DNA from: an uncultured bacterium
GTDB taxonomy: Bacteria; Patescibacteriota; Saccharimonadia; UBA4664; SCTI01
Length of the DNA stretch: 64,000 nucleotides
NCBI GenBank assembly: GCA_963721685.1
Contig: CAVRJJ010000001.1
Coordinates: forward strand, 303,950-367,949
Direction: 5' to 3'
The translations under genes and the position numbers were made by a program. Shown here piece after piece: positions 1 through 10,143 of this stretch (within the stretch, counting starts at the first letter, position 1; every line of letters starts with the position of its first letter). The notes below the pieces were generated by a model. The model was given only the letters and a program-made list of their open reading frames with translations, made no database searches and was not told the origin of the DNA.

Positions 1-1412
1 GGACTGCCATTGAAGCCGGTACCCACCAAGTGGTATTAAAAGCACCTCATTTTGTATTCTATGTCCTTCAACAGCTGCGAAAAGAATATGGCGATACAAC
101 GGTTGAGCAAGGCGGTATCACAGTTACAACGACGCTTGATTACGCCAAACAGCAGGAAGCCGAACGGATCGTCAAGAATCAGGTAAGTAAGCTGGTCCGC
201 CAACGCGCCACTAACGGAGGCTTGGTCTCGCTCGACCCAAAAACCGGCGATATTCTCAGTATGGTCGGAAGCGTAGACTATAATGCGCCCAGCTTTGGCA
301 ACGTCAACGTAACGCTCGCCCAGCTGCAACCGGGATCAAGCTTTAAACCTATCGCCTACGCGGCAGCTTTTACCAAGGGCTGGAGCGGAGCGACGGTAGT
401 GGATGACAAACCGGTGCGTTTTCCCCAAGCCACCGGCGAGGTCTTTATTCCTCAAAACTATGACCTCAAGTTCCGTGGCCAAGTACTCCTTCGGCGCGCC
501 CTGGCAAATTCGTTCAACATTCCGGCAATTGAAGTGCTACAACATGCTGGCATTGAAGAAACGGTAGCGGTAGCCCACAGTCTTGGTATCCGTCCTCCCA
601 GCCTAACCGACAAAAGTAGAAACGGACTGAGCTTAGTGCTGGGCGGGGGAGAAGTGCGGGCGATTGATATGGCGGCGGTGTATGCCACCTTAGCCAATGG
701 GGGTAAAGCGGTCACCACCCATACCGTTTTGAAGGTCAGCGACCGTTCGGGAAACGACATTACCAAACCGCGCCCTACAGCGGAACGCCAGGCAATCGAC
801 CAAAGGATCGCCTATATGGTTACCAATATCCTTAGTGACACCGATGCCCGCAAGGAAATATTTGGCACGCAAAACCCTTTGCAACTCAGTCGCCCCGCGG
901 CAGCCAAGACCGGGACCACTAATGACTACCGAGACAACTGGGCCATCGGCTACACCCCCCAACTGGCTACCGCCGTGTGGGTTGGCAATAACGACCACTC
1001 TCCTATGCTGAATGTTGATGGTATTACCGGTGCCGCGCCAATCTGGCACGACTATATGGAAATGGCGCTAGCGGGAACCGAGGTTGAGCCATTTATAGCA
1101 CCTCCCGGAGTGGTCTTCGCGAAAGTCTGCCCACTGGATGGGGGGCTTGCCTCTGCCAACGACCCGACGGCCGTAAATGAAGTATTTCTGGCCGAAAACC
1201 AGCCGACAAAACAATGCGGCCAAATCCGACCAAGGCCGATACTTGTGCAAACACCGCCTCCCGACCCTGCCGCCCCTGCCGTACCGCCAACTGAAGCTCC
1301 CGGATTGCGTCCACCTTCATCTGGCGTCGGCGGAGGAGATGACGACCCGCCGGATGATGCGCCCAATCCCAACCCGCCCTCTCCGGGTAACCCATTTTCC
1401 TCACCATTTTAG
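1..1412 (+). CDS. Penicillin-binding protein, class A (PBP1A-like), C-terminal transpeptidase part; 5' end lies outside the window. Pro/Gly-rich C-terminal tail.
   Basis: Transpeptidase motifs are present in the translation (SxxK as GSSFKP; KTGTT; PBP C-terminal domain). The ORF is open to the window start. Confidence 0.85.
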   Translation, partial: TAIEAGTHQVVLKAPHFVFYVLQQLRKEYGDTTVEQGGITVTTTLDYAKQQEAERIVKNQVSKLVRQRATNGGLVSLDPKTGDILSMVGSVDYNAPSFGNVNVTLAQLQPGSSFKPIAYAAAFTKGWSGATVVDDKPVRFPQATGEVFIPQNYDLKFRGQVLLRRALANSFNIPAIEVLQHAGIEETVAVAHSLGIRPPSLTDKSRNGLSLVLGGGEVRAIDMAAVYATLANGGKAVTTHTVLKVSDRSGNDITKPRPTAERQAIDQRIAYMVTNILSDTDARKEIFGTQNPLQLSRPAAAKTGTTNDYRDNWAIGYTPQLATAVWVGNNDHSPMLNVDGITGAAPIWHDYMEMALAGTEVEPFIAPPGVVFAKVCPLDGGLASANDPTAVNEVFLAENQPTKQCGQIRPRPILVQTPPPDPAAPAVPPTEAPGLRPPSSGVGGGDDDPPDDAPNPNPPSPGNPFSSPF

Positions 1413-1445
1413 CCTGCATAGCGATTTAAGTTCTTAAAATTATCG

Positions 1446-1474
1446 TTGACACATATCTAGACATGTTTTATAAT
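1446..1474 (+). promoter_or_regulatory. Consensus sigma-70 promoter: TTGACA, 17 nt spacer, TATAAT.
   Basis: TTGACA lies at 1446-1451 and TATAAT at 1469-1474 with an exact 17-nt spacer, about 50 nt upstream of the 1525 start codon in an AT-rich spacer. Confidence 0.6.
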
Positions 1475-1524
1475 TTATTTACCTAACTAGATAACGTGTT
1501 GTAATAAGAATTAAATTCGAGAAG

Positions 1525-2553
1525 ATGTCAGACACTATTGTCCCCCAAACTGCTTTTAATTATGTCCAGACCGCTGAGGCAATCTTAAGCGCGCTTCGCA
1601 ACGAGCGAGACCGTAAAATTGTCGCCCAGCGGTACGGCTTAGGCTTACCGAAGCGCCACACGCTTGAAAAAATTGGCAGCCAGTTTGGTATTACCCGCGA
1701 ACGGGTAAGGCAAATTGAGAAGGCCGCCACCGTTAAGCTACAGCAAACCGCTTCAGCGGAGCTCACCCGTGTCGACAACGCCTTAAAGCAGCATTTAGCC
1801 CGCCAGGGCCAGGTGGATCTGCTGGATAACGTCGCCGCGGCAGTCGGCGCCCATACGCCCGCGCAGCAAGCCTACATTTCTTTCTTAGCAGCGCTGGCCC
1901 CGAGTATTGAAATTATTGAAGACAACGACCATTATCATCCGGCGTTATCCTCGTTGCCCGAGTACCATAAGCAACGAATTGCCGAGATCACCAGCCATCT
2001 TGTTCATCAGCTCAAGCAAAAAGCCAAACCTACCCCAATCGACGCGCTGCATAAAGCGCTCCCATTTGAGATTACCCAGCAAACCGCCGAACAGGTTGCT
2101 AAAGCTTCTAAACGGCTTGCTCACCATGATGGCCATTGGGGATTAAGCCATTGGCCGGAGGTAAACCCTCGTTCTATCCGAGACAAAACCTATTTGGTTC
2201 TGGGCAAACATGGTCGGCCTTTGCACTTTACCGATATTGCCACCAATATTGCCGGGCTTGGCAACCAAAAGCGCAGCGTAACAACCCAGGCGGTGCACAA
2301 CGAGCTTATTAAGGACCCCCGGTTTGTTCTGGTTGGAAGGGGGATTTACGCCCTGAGCGAATGGGGCTATACACCCGGGACCGTCGCCGATATCATTACC
2401 GAGGTATTGCGGGAAGAGTCACCACTCCATAAAGATGAAATCGTGAAGCGCGTACTGCAAAAGCGACAGGTTAAGACCACGACTATCGTGCTTAACCTAC
2501 AAGAAAAAGACCAGTTTGTACGCGTCTCAAAAGCCACGTACGCGCTTAAATAA
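1525..2553 (+). CDS. Sigma-70 region-4-like HTH protein with C-terminal winged-helix (HARE-HTH-like) domains; putative transcription regulator.
   Basis: The N-terminus carries a sigma-70 region-4-like HTH (RNERDRKIVAQRYGL...LEKIGSQFGITRERVRQIEKAATVKL), followed by wHTH-like C-terminal repeats. Confidence 0.55.
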   Translation: MSDTIVPQTAFNYVQTAEAILSALRNERDRKIVAQRYGLGLPKRHTLEKIGSQFGITRERVRQIEKAATVKLQQTASAELTRVDNALKQHLARQGQVDLLDNVAAAVGAHTPAQQAYISFLAALAPSIEIIEDNDHYHPALSSLPEYHKQRIAEITSHLVHQLKQKAKPTPIDALHKALPFEITQQTAEQVAKASKRLAHHDGHWGLSHWPEVNPRSIRDKTYLVLGKHGRPLHFTDIATNIAGLGNQKRSVTTQAVHNELIKDPRFVLVGRGIYALSEWGYTPGTVADIITEVLREESPLHKDEIVKRVLQKRQVKTTTIVLNLQEKDQFVRVSKATYALK

Positions 2554-2608
2554 AGCTAGGCTTATTGTTAGTACAGACAGGGGTAATAGGGTAAAATAAA
2601 GCTATGGG

Positions 2609-5431
2609 GTGCACTATAGAACTGGCCAGTTCCGTTTGGGGAGTTATATGGATATTCTAGGGAATGTCTTAATCGCCGTTATTCAAATTATCGGAACGGT
2701 TTTATTTACCTATTACGGCTGGGTTGTAGTCGTTGGTTTTTTCCTCTTTCTTATCTGGCAAAATCGCCGGCGGGAACAGTGGGTGGGCAAAATCGAACAT
2801 GTCCTTCTCCACATTGAAGTACCAAAGGAGAATGAAAAGAAAGAGCTGTCGGCTGAGCAGATGTTTGCCAGTCTGCATGGGATTTTACGTCCGAAATCAG
2901 ACCTAAGGAAAGAAGGGTCACTCCAAGAACACATCAGCTTTGAAATCGTAACTATCAACGACCAGATCCGGTTCTATGTATGGACACCGCGCCACCTGAA
3001 AAACTTCGTGGAAGGCCAAATTTACGCCCAATACCCGAATGTCCAGATTGAAGAAAGTAGCGCTGATTACGCCACCACCGAGCTGGGTTCAAGGCAGGCT
3101 TACACTACCGTGCTTGGCCTCACCAAAACCGAGGTACTCCCCATAAAAACCTTTCAATCATTTGAGGTTGACCCGCTTGCGGGGATTACCGCGACACTTG
3201 GCAATATGGAAGACGCCGGCGAAGAAATGTGGATTCAAATACTGGCCCGGCCAGTCGACGACGATTGGCATAAAAAAGGATTGGAATACATTGAAGATGT
3301 AAAAGCCGGGAAAACCTACGAACCCTTTGAGCAACGGATTTTTAAAGGCTTGCTCGCGATTCCAAGCTATATTTTCAGCAACTTTCTTGGCGCGTTGTTT
3401 ATCCCTCCCTCGGAAGTAAAGAAGGAGGAGAAAAAAGCCGACGCTATGTCTACCGGCCAGCAAGCCCTAGTGAAAGCGGCCGAAGAAAAAATTAATAAGT
3501 TGGGTTATGAAGTTTATATTCGTATTGTCTATCTGGGCAATGATCCCACGGTGGCACGTATGCGCAACCAAGCTATTATTGGCGGTTTCAAACAGTTTAA
3601 TACCACAAACCTTAATGGTTTCAATGTCGATTCAAGCAAGGAAGGCAGCGGGGGAGTAGACGCCTACCGGGCGCGGCTCTTTACCGATGATGGGGACATT
3701 CTTAATATTGAAGAACTAGCCAGTGTTTATCATTTACCCCATAAAAGCGTGGAAACGCCTAACATGGTATGGACCACCACCAAAACTTCCGAGCCGCCAT
3801 CTAATCTCCCAACTGAAACCAGCGCCGAACCCACTGCCATCAGCTTGTTTGCCGCTACCAATTTCCGCGGCAAGCAGCTTAAGTTCGGCATGAAGCGGAT
3901 AGACCGGGGGCGCCACCTTTACATCATTGGCCAAACCGGCACCGGTAAGTCCAAACTACTCAACCTGTTAACCTTATCCGATATTTATCACGGGGAGGGG
4001 ATGGCTATCATTGACCCCCACGGCGATTTCGCCACCGACATGCTGCAATATGTACCTGAACACCGCCTTCAGGACGTTATTTACTTTAACCCGACCGACC
4101 GGGACTTTCCTATAGCCTTTAACCCCCTAGAAGTTTATGACCAGTCCTTTAAAAACGACATTTCATCGGAAATGATCGGGGTATTGAAACGAATGTTTGA
4201 ATCCTGGGGTCCCAGGCTTGAATACATCCTGCGGTTCACCCTGCTGGCGCTGCTTGATTACCCCGACGCCACAATGCTGGGAATCACCCGCATGCTCACC
4301 GACAAGGAATTCCGAAAGAAGGTTATTAAGGAAATTAAGGATCCGGTGGTAAAAGCCTTCTGGGTTACCGAGTTTGCCTCCTGGAATGATAAGTTTGCCA
4401 ATGAAGCGGTAGCGCCAGTATTGAACAAGGTAGGCGCTTTCACCGCCAACCCGTTAATCCGTAATATCATCGGTCAACCCCGTTCCAGGCTCGATTTGCG
4501 TAAGATTATGGATGAAGGCAAGATTTTAGTGGTAAACCTCTCCCGCGGTCAAATAGGGGAAGATAACGCGAGCATTTTAGGCGCTCTCATGGTGACGAAG
4601 ATCCAGCTCGCGGCCATGTCACGGGCTAATATCCCGCTTGAGCAACGCCGACCCTTTTATTTGTATGTCGATGAGTTCCAGAACTTTGCCACCGAAAGTT
4701 TCGCCACCATCCTAAGTGAAGCCCGCAAATATGCGCTTAACTTAACCGTCGCTAACCAGTACGTCTCACAAATGCCGGAGGAGGTTCGCAGCGCGGTATT
4801 TGGCAACGTCGGTTCGATCGTAAGCTTCCGGGTGGGCGTAGATGACGCGCCGATCATCGCCAAAAACTTCGCGCCGCTGTTTGAGCCTGATGACCTTGGC
4901 AAACTCCATAATCAACATATATTAATAAATATGAGCATTGATGGAGAAAAATCCATCGCCTTTTCCGCTAAGACCCTGCGCATGCCGGACCCCGAAGCCG
5001 ATTTCACCGCCCAGCTCGTTGATTTAACCCGCGAACATTACGCTTCGGATAGGGCCAGCGTGGAACAGGAAATCTCGGAATGGACACTGGGTCAAGCCAC
5101 CACCGAGAAATCATCCGGCGATCAGGACGCTAAATCCGAATCTACGCCGACTGAACAAAAACCGAACACGTTTTTAGGAGGGCTGAAAAACCCTGAACCG
5201 CCACAACCAGCCAAGACCGCTCCCGCACATCAAGGCCAACAGGGAAGCAACAGGAGCAAAAGACGTGGAAAAGGCTCTGGCGGTGGCCAAAACGACCAGA
5301 AGGACAACAGGAGTGGCCAGCGGCAGCCGGTGGGCGCGGGGGCGCCGGTACGCATGGAAACGCAACAATCCCAGCAAGTAGTTCGTCCCGGGGAGAGCGT
5401 AGCAGTGCGGCGCGCAGTTGAGGAACAGTAG
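2609..5431 (+). CDS. Membrane-anchored TraD/TraG/VirD4-family (type IV coupling protein-like, FtsK/HerA superfamily) ATPase with a long Gln/Gly-rich disordered C-terminal tail. An alternative start is at 2654.
   Basis: Two N-terminal TM helices. Walker A is IIGQTGTGKSKLLNLL and Walker B is YLYVDEFQNF. A TraG-D_C-like motif (FGNVGSIVSFRVGVDDAPIIAKNF) is present. The C-terminal roughly 150 aa is low-complexity. Confidence 0.6.
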   Translation: MHYRTGQFRLGSYMDILGNVLIAVIQIIGTVLFTYYGWVVVVGFFLFLIWQNRRREQWVGKIEHVLLHIEVPKENEKKELSAEQMFASLHGILRPKSDLRKEGSLQEHISFEIVTINDQIRFYVWTPRHLKNFVEGQIYAQYPNVQIEESSADYATTELGSRQAYTTVLGLTKTEVLPIKTFQSFEVDPLAGITATLGNMEDAGEEMWIQILARPVDDDWHKKGLEYIEDVKAGKTYEPFEQRIFKGLLAIPSYIFSNFLGALFIPPSEVKKEEKKADAMSTGQQALVKAAEEKINKLGYEVYIRIVYLGNDPTVARMRNQAIIGGFKQFNTTNLNGFNVDSSKEGSGGVDAYRARLFTDDGDILNIEELASVYHLPHKSVETPNMVWTTTKTSEPPSNLPTETSAEPTAISLFAATNFRGKQLKFGMKRIDRGRHLYIIGQTGTGKSKLLNLLTLSDIYHGEGMAIIDPHGDFATDMLQYVPEHRLQDVIYFNPTDRDFPIAFNPLEVYDQSFKNDISSEMIGVLKRMFESWGPRLEYILRFTLLALLDYPDATMLGITRMLTDKEFRKKVIKEIKDPVVKAFWVTEFASWNDKFANEAVAPVLNKVGAFTANPLIRNIIGQPRSRLDLRKIMDEGKILVVNLSRGQIGEDNASILGALMVTKIQLAAMSRANIPLEQRRPFYLYVDEFQNFATESFATILSEARKYALNLTVANQYVSQMPEEVRSAVFGNVGSIVSFRVGVDDAPIIAKNFAPLFEPDDLGKLHNQHILINMSIDGEKSIAFSAKTLRMPDPEADFTAQLVDLTREHYASDRASVEQEISEWTLGQATTEKSSGDQDAKSESTPTEQKPNTFLGGLKNPEPPQPAKTAPAHQGQQGSNRSKRRGKGSGGGQNDQKDNRSGQRQPVGAGAPVRMETQQSQQVVRPGESVAVRRAVEEQ

Positions 5432-5836
5432 CGTTGGGGCTAGAAGTACAAAGCGGGAGGCAGAATCTTAGCCACAGCAGCGTCATGAGATAGTGTCGCA
5501 CAATGTATATTTTGCGACACTCGCATTTATATTTATATCCGGTATGAGTGGAGGGTTGGACTATTGAGCTAAAACCCATTTATACCTTATATAAGCCATA
5601 GTTGCACTCTTTTGTGTATATTGATTACGTTGTTTTCCCTTATTAGGGGTGTTGTAACTTTTGCTTAAACTAGCATACCTATAATCGGCTTAAATAAGGT
5701 TTCCTTACCCCTCTCCCCTCGTGAGCCTATTGCCTGGGGCAACAAAAGATTGTAAACCGTGCAGTGTATTATTATTGCGGCTTGATGTACAAAAACCGAA
5801 CAAAGGGGAGGGCAGAGGAGTAGTGGCTTCTTCCCC

Positions 5837-6655
5837 CTATTTGTAATACGCCTTGTGGGGTATGCGTAAATCAATATACTGGGTAGGTTGCTTCTTCGTT
5901 CTTCGTAATTCCTGCTGCACCTGCCTCAGATCAGCAATCTCCTCCCCCGCCGGGCGAGTGGTATCAAATTTCAAGGTAAGGTTATTGCTGGTTTGAACAT
6001 ACACTTCACTGGTGCTAGCCGGGATGCTTAAGGAATTTACCGGAAATCCTGTTCCCGGAAGCAAACCCACCAATTCCCGACAAAATGCCACAAAGCTGGT
6101 TGTTACTACCCTATCCCCTGTTTTGGCGGGCAGGTTATTGCTGTCGGTAATCGTAGGCAGGTTTGCATACACGCCAGACGTCGGCCCAATAATTGTGCCG
6201 TTGGCATCAAGCAGGAAGACGGCTCCGGCTGTCTTCCAGTTAAGTGAGGGTTGGCGCTCCGTAATGCTGACCATTAACGTGCGGGGCAGCTTACGCGTTA
6301 CCTCCACACTTTTAATGGCAGCCTCATGCTCCGCTAAATAGCTGGCCAAGCCTGAACTATCCATTAGTAATAAATTGCGTCCCAGCCATTGGCGTTGCAA
6401 GCCATCATGCACCAGCTTTTCGAGCTGGGGCTTTGCAATTGCCTGGTAGCCTTCAACATTGATAGTGGCTATCGTGGTAGCCCGCGCTATCAATACCAAA
6501 AGCAGCAAGGTAATTGTCCCCGCCGCGGCTAAACGAATCCAGAACTTGCGAGCCAACCAAGGCAGCTGGGGAAGCTGCGGGCGCCGGCTATAGCTTGAGC
6601 TTTGCCGGGAATACGATGGGCGGGAGCCCATGCGGTTAACGTGGCGGCGGCTCAC
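5837..6655 (-). CDS. ftsQ: Cell division protein FtsQ/DivIB-like (POTRA domain).
   Basis: N-terminal basic region plus a single TM and a POTRA-like segment. Its position right after murG in the dcw cluster supports the call. Confidence 0.6.
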   Translation of the reverse strand: MSRRHVNRMGSRPSYSRQSSSYSRRPQLPQLPWLARKFWIRLAAAGTITLLLLVLIARATTIATINVEGYQAIAKPQLEKLVHDGLQRQWLGRNLLLMDSSGLASYLAEHEAAIKSVEVTRKLPRTLMVSITERQPSLNWKTAGAVFLLDANGTIIGPTSGVYANLPTITDSNNLPAKTGDRVVTTSFVAFCRELVGLLPGTGFPVNSLSIPASTSEVYVQTSNNLTLKFDTTRPAGEEIADLRQVQQELRRTKKQPTQYIDLRIPHKAYYK

Positions 6656-7791
6656 GAGCGCTTCCCCGCATCTAACAGCACATCAGCTAGTTGGTTTGCT
6701 GCCTGCGGCGCGTGGAATTGGGCAATTGCCTTGCTGTAACGGCTTCGGGTTTCAGCGCTTTCCAGCAGGCTAGTTACATGAGTCAAAAGGTCTTGGGCGC
6801 TACCCGTGGCCACCATTGCCGCATCCGCCCGCTGCAGGGCTTGGGCGTTTTGGACCTGATGGGCCGCGGCGGACGTATTGGGCACCAGTACTGTTGGCTT
6901 TTCCAGAGCCGCTAATTCCGCGATGGTTGAAGCCCCCGCCCGGGCTACCACCACATCGGCAACCGCGTACGCGTCTGCCATTTCGCGCGGTTCTAAAAAC
7001 GGTATGGAATGATACACGTGCATGGATTGGGTTCGCCTTAGCTTATCCACGTCCCGCCCTACCCGCTCAGCCTCATGCTTACCCGTAACGTGGAGAATTT
7101 GGGATTTTAGGAGCAATTCGGGCAGACAGGCGACCAATGCGCTATTAAGCTCGCGGGCACCTTGACTTCCTCCCACCACCAACAGGACCGGAACGTTCTC
7201 CTCCAGATGGAAAGTCCGGCGCGCGTTGGCTATGTTGCCTTGCAAGAGTGCTGGTTGAACAGGCATGCCGGTATAAACCAACTTGGGTTGTAGCCGCGAA
7301 GCGTAAAACTCTATGGGAAAACCAGTAGCTATGCTGCGCGCCCAGCGTCCCATCACCCGGGTACCCAGACCCGGACTGACATCTGGTTCATGAAGAACCA
7401 TGGGGACACGCAAAAATAGGGCCGCGATTCCAATTGGGAAGCCGGGAGGGCCACTTTTATTAAATATGACAGCGGGCCGGTAGCGGCCAACAATCCATAG
7501 TGCCTGCACCGTGCCAACCAAAATGGAAATCACATCCCGCGCGTTCCAGGCTATGTACCGCCATCCGCGAAGATTACCCACCACCCCGGCACCCGGTAAA
7601 CGCCGAAGCTTTCCTGCCTGAATACCCTTAAAAGGCAATCCGGCAGCCTTAGCTAAGCCAGCCTCAACCCCGCCCCGCTGACCGACAAAGAGGATGTCGG
7701 GGGGTTCAGCTGTTAAGCGTAACGCGTCGACGGTTGCTAGTACCGGCGAAACGTGGCCGCTGGTTCCCCCGCCGCTGACGATCATCCGCAT
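6652..7791 (-). CDS. murG: UDP-N-acetylglucosamine--N-acetylmuramyl-(pentapeptide) pyrophosphoryl-undecaprenol N-acetylglucosamine transferase MurG.
   Basis: N-terminal MurG motif (SGGGTSGHVSPVLA) in the translation; sits in dcw cluster order. Confidence 0.9.
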   Translation of the reverse strand: MRMIVSGGGTSGHVSPVLATVDALRLTAEPPDILFVGQRGGVEAGLAKAAGLPFKGIQAGKLRRLPGAGVVGNLRGWRYIAWNARDVISILVGTVQALWIVGRYRPAVIFNKSGPPGFPIGIAALFLRVPMVLHEPDVSPGLGTRVMGRWARSIATGFPIEFYASRLQPKLVYTGMPVQPALLQGNIANARRTFHLEENVPVLLVVGGSQGARELNSALVACLPELLLKSQILHVTGKHEAERVGRDVDKLRRTQSMHVYHSIPFLEPREMADAYAVADVVVARAGASTIAELAALEKPTVLVPNTSAAAHQVQNAQALQRADAAMVATGSAQDLLTHVTSLLESAETRSRYSKAIAQFHAPQAANQLADVLLDAGKRS

Positions 7792-8917
7792 GGCTATCCT
7801 TTCTTAGGGTGTACTTAGAAATATTAAACAACAGTGCGGCAGCCACCACCATAATGACCAAACTGGTGCCTCCGTAACTGACAAACGGCAATGGAATTCC
7901 GGTAAGCGGCACCAAAGAGAGCATCGCCGCGATGTTAATGAAGCTTTGAAAGAGAAAAATCAGGGTAATTCCGGCTGCCAACAGCCGGCCAAACAGATCG
8001 GGAGCCCGACGGATAATATCAAAGCCCCGGTAAATCAAGGCGGCGTAGACCGTTAACACAATTAAACTGCCAATTAGCCCAAACTCTTCGCCAATTACCG
8101 CAAAGATAGAGTCGTTGGGCGCCTCCGGCAAGTAGCCGTAAATTTGTACGCTCTGACCCAATCCCTGCCCAAAAAACCCCCCGCTGCCAATGCCAATCAA
8201 CGATTGGCAAATATGGTATCCCCGGCCGCTACAGTCGCTCATAGGATCCAGAAAGGTCATAAACCGGCTTATGCGGTGCGGAAACGCTAAAATCGCCAAA
8301 CCGGCCACCACTACACCGCCGGCCGCCAGTACCCCCAGGTGCTTAAGCCGTATTCCTGCCAGGTAAAACATGCCCATGGTCGACAACGCAATAACCATCA
8401 TCGTACCCATGTCACGTTGCAGCATTGCTATAAAAAGACCGGCTACGCTTAATATCGCGACAAAAGGCAGCACCCCTTTTCTCAGTGAAGTTAGGTCCTT
8501 ATGATGGCGCTCAAACCAAGCAGCCAAATAAACTACCAACGCCAGCTTTAGCAGTTCGGAAGGCTGGAAGGAAACCGGTCCGAGATCCAACCATCGCGAA
8601 GCACCCAAAGCTGAATACCCCAGTGGCGTCAGCACCGCGATTACCGCTGCTATAGCCACTACCAGCAAAGGCAGCGCAAACCGGCGCCACAGCTTATAGT
8701 AAACGCTGCTCACCACCCCCCACGCCACCACGCCAATTCCCACGAAGGTGAGTTGGTTAAGAAAATAACTGGTTTCCGTCCCCTGCTTTTGACTAAGCGC
8801 GGGGTTAATGTTGTACATCATTATCAACCCAAAAGCCAAAAGGATAAATACCGCCAAGCCTAAGACATAGTCTCCGCGATGTCCCCGAACCGGCGCGTTT
8901 TCGCCTCGCGGTTTCAT
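7706..8917 (-). CDS. ftsW: Peptidoglycan glycosyltransferase FtsW (SEDS family).
   Basis: Polytopic SEDS membrane protein. The likely start is the ATG at 8917, forming an ATGA overlap with the mraY stop; the track ORF began at 8983. Confidence 0.85.
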   Translation of the reverse strand: MKPRGENAPVRGHRGDYVLGLAVFILLAFGLIMMYNINPALSQKQGTETSYFLNQLTFVGIGVVAWGVVSSVYYKLWRRFALPLLVVAIAAVIAVLTPLGYSALGASRWLDLGPVSFQPSELLKLALVVYLAAWFERHHKDLTSLRKGVLPFVAILSVAGLFIAMLQRDMGTMMVIALSTMGMFYLAGIRLKHLGVLAAGGVVVAGLAILAFPHRISRFMTFLDPMSDCSGRGYHICQSLIGIGSGGFFGQGLGQSVQIYGYLPEAPNDSIFAVIGEEFGLIGSLIVLTVYAALIYRGFDIIRRAPDLFGRLLAAGITLIFLFQSFINIAAMLSLVPLTGIPLPFVSYGGTSLVIMVVAAALLFNISKYTLRKDSHADDRQRRGNQRPRFAGTSNRRRVTLNS

Positions 8918-9951
8918 AATATCCGGTTCCCCAGCAGGCCAATAGTCAGACCGACCACGCCTAAAACGTGCCCGATAACCCAAAGCCGCATGGTAACTTT
9001 GGTTTCAGGCCAGCCAATTGCTTCAAAATGATGGTGAATCGGCGCCGACAAGAAAATCTTGCGCTTAAACAGTTTTTTCGACATGATTTGCAGCGCGCTG
9101 GATCCCGCTTCAAGCACGAAAACACCGGCGATAATTGGCAGCACCACTACCGCGTTAGTAAGCACCGCCACGACCCCGAGCGTCGTCCCCAAAGCAAATG
9201 AACCGGAATCCCCCATAAAAAACCGCGCCGGATAAATATTAAACCAAGTATAGGTAAGCATCACGCCGACGATGGTGGCGCAAAACCCGGCAATGCCGAA
9301 ACTGCCCTGAAAATAGGCAATCACACCGTACGCGGCGAAGGCCGTTGACAGCAAGCCCCCAGACAAGCCGTCTAAGCCATCACTAATATTTACGGCATTA
9401 GCGGTTGAGACAACTACCGCGATGAACAATGGAATATACAGCCACCCGATTGAAAAGTCCCCCACTGCCGGAATATGAATTAGGTGATACCCAAGCTTAA
9501 AGTAAAAGTAAAGAGCACCGAGCACCGCTATTCCCGTAATAAGCAGGAATTTCAGCCGGCTTTGAAGCCCGGCCACACCAAGCCCATTACCCCGAATATT
9601 TATGTAATCATCAAGCAAACCCACCAGACCCGCCGCCGCCAATACCGCGAGGGGCAAATAGGTTTGGTTGCGGCTTAAATTAAGCAACAGCGTCACCACA
9701 ACAATGCTGACCACAATCACGATTCCGCCCATAGTTGGGATATTACGTTTGTGCTTGGCGGCGTGAAGTTTGTAGAAAATCGGGGCTTTCTCACCTGTAA
9801 CCGCGGTATCGCGCACTTGCTTCCACCATTTGTAGCGGTAAGCTAATTTGGTGTAAATCGGGGTCAGTAACATGGAAAGCGCAAAGCCCACAAAACCCAA
9901 AGTCAGGATTCGTGAGAGGGAAACTATATCGGCTTCATAAACAAATGTCAT
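8914..9951 (-). CDS. mraY: Phospho-N-acetylmuramoyl-pentapeptide transferase MraY.
   Basis: Polytopic membrane protein carrying MraY conserved motifs (DDxxN, HHHFE-like PIHHHFE). Confidence 0.9.
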   Translation of the reverse strand: MTFVYEADIVSLSRILTLGFVGFALSMLLTPIYTKLAYRYKWWKQVRDTAVTGEKAPIFYKLHAAKHKRNIPTMGGIVIVVSIVVVTLLLNLSRNQTYLPLAVLAAAGLVGLLDDYINIRGNGLGVAGLQSRLKFLLITGIAVLGALYFYFKLGYHLIHIPAVGDFSIGWLYIPLFIAVVVSTANAVNISDGLDGLSGGLLSTAFAAYGVIAYFQGSFGIAGFCATIVGVMLTYTWFNIYPARFFMGDSGSFALGTTLGVVAVLTNAVVVLPIIAGVFVLEAGSSALQIMSKKLFKRKIFLSAPIHHHFEAIGWPETKVTMRLWVIGHVLGVVGLTIGLLGNRIL

Positions 9952-10143
9952 TGTGGCTCATTTTACCATGTTTTACAGATAAGCGTAAGCGTGTTGCACC
10001 TGAGATTCGAATCTATTTTGGTTTTGCCACTCAAGGACACCTCCGCACCGTCTTCGCCAACGTTCCGGGTGGCAGGTGCCCCTCCTAATGTGCCACCCAA
10101 ACAGAGGTGGCTGCTCAGGCCAAAAAGTTGATTGCTGGCCCGA

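Noticed and set aside
36-1437. Minus- and plus-strand ORFs overlapping the PBP1A gene (e.g. 36..329, 690..1049, 1052..1372, 1093..1419).
   Set aside because: They sit inside a well-supported conserved CDS on the opposite or shifted frame and are Gly/Pro/Arg-rich GC artefacts.
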